DNA of 50,014 nucleotides from an uncultured archaeon (GTDB lineage Archaea; Asgardarchaeota; Thorarchaeia; Thorarchaeales; Thorarchaeaceae): NCBI GenBank assembly GCA_964458565.1, contig CAYWJO010000024.1, positions 1 to 50,014 of the forward strand, read 5' to 3'. Shown piece by piece: positions 46,660 to 50,014 of this stretch (position 1 is its first letter; each line of letters starts with the position of its first letter). The notes under the pieces were generated by a model. It saw only the letters and a program-made list of their open reading frames with translations, ran no database searches and was not told where the DNA came from. The position numbers and the translations under genes were made by a program.

Positions 46660-49182
46660 TTAACCAGTGGGTTTCTTGATAAGATAGATGACCAAGGCGA
46701 TTGATATGATAGACATGCATCCAGCAATAACAACACCTATTGTGAGAAAGCCAATCTGACCAAAGAGATTCCTAATTGCCTGTTGAATAGTGGTTGGATT
46801 TGTTGTTGTAGGTGAGGTCTGGGTAGTTACAATATTTGTTGTTGTGGTAGATGTAGTAGTAGTGGTGATAGTTGTTGTGGTTGTTAGTTCCAGTCCCTCA
46901 ACTGTCACAAACACCGTGTCTAAAACATAGTTGCCACTTGTATCGAAGATGACAATCGTGTAGTTGTAGGTTCCAGGTAATAGACTACTCACTGGCAGCA
47001 TCACACTAGCTTCACTCCAACCTCCTGTCTGAACTTGAATGCCATTGAAATAGATTGAGTATGTATATGGATGAAGGTCCTCTGGGTGCCACTCAATGAA
47101 TCCTCCACCGATTCCCTCCAGATACCAGATATCAAATGGACTATTCACAGTTGGTGCTGTTGTATCCACTGCATACACAATCACTGTGTCAAAGCCAGAG
47201 TTGCCACTCGTATCTACGTATACCACAGTATAGTTGTATATCCCGAGTTCAAGTCCCTCTACAAAATAATCAATATCAAATCCAGTCCAGTTAAGAGTGC
47301 CTAGGCTTAATCCGTCAAGCAGTAATTCAACGGATTCAGGCAGCAATTCAACACATGACCAGTGTAACCAGAACCCAGAGCCTCCTACTTCATAGTTCAT
47401 ATCTGGTAAATCGTCAGGTAATGGATTTGTTGAATCTCGCACCCTTATAGTAATCTCAACACTGATTTCATTTCCGCTTGTATCATTTACTGAGATGGTG
47501 ACTGGATAATCACCTAGAAATAAGCTGGTTGCATTGAGAATAACTCCCGATGAGTCTATCGTGAAACTTGGATTATCTACCCAGTAAGCTGATATTCCTG
47601 ACACATCAGCCGCATCGACATCGTACACAAAGTGTACACCATACTCAGCAAACTGATCGCTCGGTGGGACAAGCCAAGTCGGTGCTCGAGTATCAATTAC
47701 TGTCACAGAAAAGGTCGTAGTGAGGACACGACCCCCGGTATCATTCACCGATACTTCTAGACCGTGGACGCCTCCGGGAAGTATTGTTGCATTCTGTATC
47801 AGACCATCGACATCAATCATGAAATTGGTTGTGTCATTGAGCCACCAAGTATCAATGCCAAGAACGGAATATGCATCTAGGTCATAGTTGAACCAGGCAT
47901 CAGCCTCATGAATCTGATCTTCACTGGTGAGTCCACTCATTGGTTTCGCAACCTTTGCAATCCACATGTCAAATGGTGGATACGAGGGTTGAGAGTCTGT
48001 TACACTCACAGCAATTACGTAGACCTCAGATGAAACTTCGACGATGGAGCGTCCCATGTAATACTCACTATTTCCGAAAGTCTCATTCCAGAGCATATGA
48101 CCAGTTGCGTTAAGGTGTACAAGCAATGCCATGTATTCCAATGACTCCGTGATTATCGTACCAACAAAAGTTAGTGAGCCATCTGAAGATACAATGAGAT
48201 CATCTATTATTGCCGCGTAATTGAATGAATAATACATGTCCCATGAGAAACTACCAGACTCGTCGAGGTGCAATAACACAGCCTCTACAGACGCTCCTAT
48301 AACGGTGTAGCCTCCAATTAGGAAACCTCCAGTACTAGATAGCGCAATATCTAATGGTATATCGTCGTTACTTTGATCAAATGTGTAATTCCAGTTGTGA
48401 TTTCCATTACTATCAACACTGTAGATCCAAAAATCGGTATCGATACTCGGTTGATGGAATTCCGCAAGTACGATAATATCACCACCTCCAGATTCGACAA
48501 GATCAATGCTATTAGTTTGCCAGCCCGGGGTGTATACCCGTTTCCAAATCAGACTTCCAGTATTATCAGTTCGAACAAGCATTGATGCAGTGAACCACGT
48601 AGTTTCGTTATAATGAAGGAAATTGTGACAGGCAAGATAGTAGTCACCACTCGTGGACTCTATGATCTGAACACCATAATCTGCAATTTCAAGATGGAGT
48701 GTCTTGTTCCAAACTTGGTCACCTTCAGAATCCAGATGCACTAAGTAGATAGAAACATTGTTTGTAGTGGTGTTTTTGTAGTTGGTCAGTATTGTGAATC
48801 CACCATCCTGAGTCTGGGTGAGTGATGGATATTGTTGTTTAATGGTCTCATGGATTGTTCTATTCCAAACATGATTCCCATTCAAATCGATTCTCATCAG
48901 TGAGGCGTTGCAATCTCCTGTATTGATGTCTTGGTCCTGATACAGAATGAAGTATCCGCCATTCTGAGCCTCAATTATCTCCAGTGGCGTTTCTCCATCA
49001 GCAGTACCAAGGGTCTTGTTCCAGATAGTTTGTCCTGTGCCTGAAATTAACATATCCGACGTCTCATCTGTTGTTGAATTACTCTGAGCATTTAGATCAG
49101 TTCGACTAGATTGTTGAAAAGAGAAAATCGTACCCATTACTAATACAAGCATTGCAGCAACACAGAAACGCCTAATCTTCAA
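46660..49182 (-). CDS. membrane-anchored surface protein: beta-propeller-like repeats, Ig/cadherin-like repeats, Thr-rich stalk, C-terminal TM
   Basis: Signal peptide; repeated D..G...WN.T blades; repeated DT.AP and VND.SGN modules; poly-Thr stretch, TM and KKPTG tail; TTG start after AGGAGG. Confidence 0.85.
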   Translation of the reverse strand: MKIRRFCVAAMLVLVMGTIFSFQQSSRTDLNAQSNSTTDETSDMLISGTGQTIWNKTLGTADGETPLEIIEAQNGGYFILYQDQDINTGDCNASLMRIDLNGNHVWNRTIHETIKQQYPSLTQTQDGGFTILTNYKNTTTNNVSIYLVHLDSEGDQVWNKTLHLEIADYGVQIIESTSGDYYLACHNFLHYNETTWFTASMLVRTDNTGSLIWKRVYTPGWQTNSIDLVESGGGDIIVLAEFHQPSIDTDFWIYSVDSNGNHNWNYTFDQSNDDIPLDIALSSTGGFLIGGYTVIGASVEAVLLHLDESGSFSWDMYYSFNYAAIIDDLIVSSDGSLTFVGTIITESLEYMALLVHLNATGHMLWNETFGNSEYYMGRSIVEVSSEVYVIAVSVTDSQPSYPPFDMWIAKVAKPMSGLTSEDQIHEADAWFNYDLDAYSVLGIDTWWLNDTTNFMIDVDGLIQNATILPGGVHGLEVSVNDTGGRVLTTTFSVTVIDTRAPTWLVPPSDQFAEYGVHFVYDVDAADVSGISAYWVDNPSFTIDSSGVILNATSLFLGDYPVTISVNDTSGNEISVEITIRVRDSTNPLPDDLPDMNYEVGGSGFWLHWSCVELLPESVELLLDGLSLGTLNWTGFDIDYFVEGLELGIYNYTVVYVDTSGNSGFDTVIVYAVDTTAPTVNSPFDIWYLEGIGGGFIEWHPEDLHPYTYSIYFNGIQVQTGGWSEASVMLPVSSLLPGTYNYTIVIFDTSGNYVLDTVFVTVEGLELTTTTTITTTTTSTTTTNIVTTQTSPTTTNPTTIQQAIRNLFGQIGFLTIGVVIAGCMSIISIALVIYLIKKPTG

Positions 49183-49318
49183 ATCACATCCTCCTTCGCA
49201 AAAGCGTCTCGTTTCATAGTCAACTTATTCTAATAAATGCGTCTGACGACTGAGATGGAGGTTTCCCTGAAGAATTAAATAGCGATGAAGGAACCGTTTT
49301 AGGAGGTTGGTTAGGGCC

Positions 49319-49405
49319 ATGATTGCACGCAAGAAGGTCTTTTCGCTTATTCTAATGATGTTTCTGATGATTAACCCATTCATTGCTATTTTGGATAATG
49401 GTTGA
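49319..49405 (+). pseudogene. orphan signal-peptide-like fragment (28 aa)
   Basis: AGGAGG upstream, then MIARKKVFSLILMMFLMINPFIAILDNG and a stop; it reads like the start of a secreted protein whose body is missing. Confidence 0.4.
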
Positions 49406-49536
49406 ATTTAGAATCTGTTGTAAGGAGATAGTAATTTATTCACTATATAATGTAATGAGTGAATTTTTAATTGTTCAGAAATTATTTCGATGAATTTTTA
49501 ACTTTCAACTTATTCAATAAGAGCGTGGTTAGGGAT

Positions 49537-50014
49537 ATGAAAATATTAGTCATGATAATAACAAGCGTTCTCTTGATTGGAGTTCTTCTACCACCTCCTG
49601 TGGTTGCTCAGACAAGTGAGGGCTTGGAATGGAATATCGAGGTCGATGATCAATGGCACTTCAACATCCGCTACTGGACTGAAGGGTATCCAAATACGGA
49701 AGATGATTTTTACTTTAGTCCATCAGGAGTTCCAGATGCCATTCCTGATCCTCTCACAGATTGGTGGGATATACCAGACACGCTAGGAGATCTGTATTGG
49801 TGGAATGATACTGATGCAAGTGGGTTGGAATCAATTTTTGACTGGTTCTTCAGAGTTGCGGTTCCAACTGGTAATTGGAGTCTGCTGACAGACTTGGAAT
49901 TGCTGGTTCTGAAAAGCCCTTTGCCCCAGAGTGATGAAGACCATCTCAATTATCCCCGTCGGACGAATCTATGGTGTGGACCTCCAATCGCTCGGCGAGG
50001 GTCTGGAGGCGCAT
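49537..50014 (+). CDS. secreted/surface protein, partial and apparently interrupted near 49895
   Basis: Not in the ORF track because it is open at the edge. My translation: MKILVMIITSVLLIGVLLPPPVVAQTSEGLEWNIEVDD...IPDPLTDWWDIP...YWWNDT...AVPTGNWSLLTDL; the sequence character changes after this point. Confidence 0.65.
   Translation, partial: MKILVMIITSVLLIGVLLPPPVVAQTSEGLEWNIEVDDQWHFNIRYWTEGYPNTEDDFYFSPSGVPDAIPDPLTDWWDIPDTLGDLYWWNDTDASGLESIFDWFFRVAVPTGNWSLLTDLELLVLKSPLPQSDEDHLNYPRRTNLWCGPPIARRGSGGA
49934..50014 (+). CDS. possible start of a new gene (archaemetzincin-like N-terminus), partial
   Basis: In a different frame from the 49537 ORF: MKTISIIPVGRIYGVDLQSLGEGLEAH. Only 27 codons are visible. 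Confidence 0.3.
   Translation, partial: MKTISIIPVGRIYGVDLQSLGEGLEAH

Noticed and set aside
46790-46890. Short GTT/GTA/GTG triplet repeats suggestive of a repeat array
   Set aside because: They encode the Thr-rich stalk of the surface protein; there is no repeat-spacer periodicity, so this is not a CRISPR array.
49577-49949. Track ORFs 49577-49786 (+) and 49710-49949 (-)
   Set aside because: These are alternative frames of the longer signal-peptide-bearing ORF starting at 49537, which the track omitted because it has no stop within the window.
1-50014. tRNA, rRNA, CRISPR arrays, transposases, integrases and reverse transcriptases
   Set aside because: None recognised by eye in any intergenic gap or ORF; tRNAscan-SE, cmscan and ISEScan would be needed to exclude divergent cases.

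Overview
A gene-dense, roughly 40% GC archaeal chromosomal window, most consistent with an Asgard archaeon, probably Thorarchaeota. This is inferred from the DUF35/thiolase pair, a TFB-type cyclin domain, a geranylgeranyl-reductase-family gene and large N-glycosylated surface proteins, one of them with a cytoplasmic longin-like tail. The first ~19 kb is mostly core metabolism: porD/porA-type 2-oxoacid:ferredoxin oxidoreductase, nitrilase, thiolase/DUF35, acyl-CoA dehydrogenase, nitroreductase and a LeuA/homocitrate-synthase-family enzyme. The rest is an accessory mix of SAM methyltransferases, GNATs, OsmC proteins, membrane and surface proteins, nadE, an MFS transporter, amt and a heliorhodopsin. 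I see no rRNA, tRNA, CRISPR array or recognisable transposase. The most notable items are: (1) an unannotated, promoter-preceded ~95-nt structured RNA at 24765-24860 with a C-rich loop complementary to a downstream SD+ATG and an alternative helix; (2) a 2123-aa receptor-like protein with extracellular Ig-like repeats, a TM helix, a longin-like domain and a winged helix; (3) an intact heliorhodopsin; (4) a GNAT-SSB(OB-fold) fusion; (5) a 54-aa, 10-Cys metallothionein-like ORF missing from the ORF track; (6) a Vps62/NPP1-like protein next to a DedA/VTT protein; (7) a frameshifted OsmC paralog, a catalytically degenerate LarA homolog and an apparent junction at the right edge. All family assignments come from motif recognition by eye; no database searches were run.
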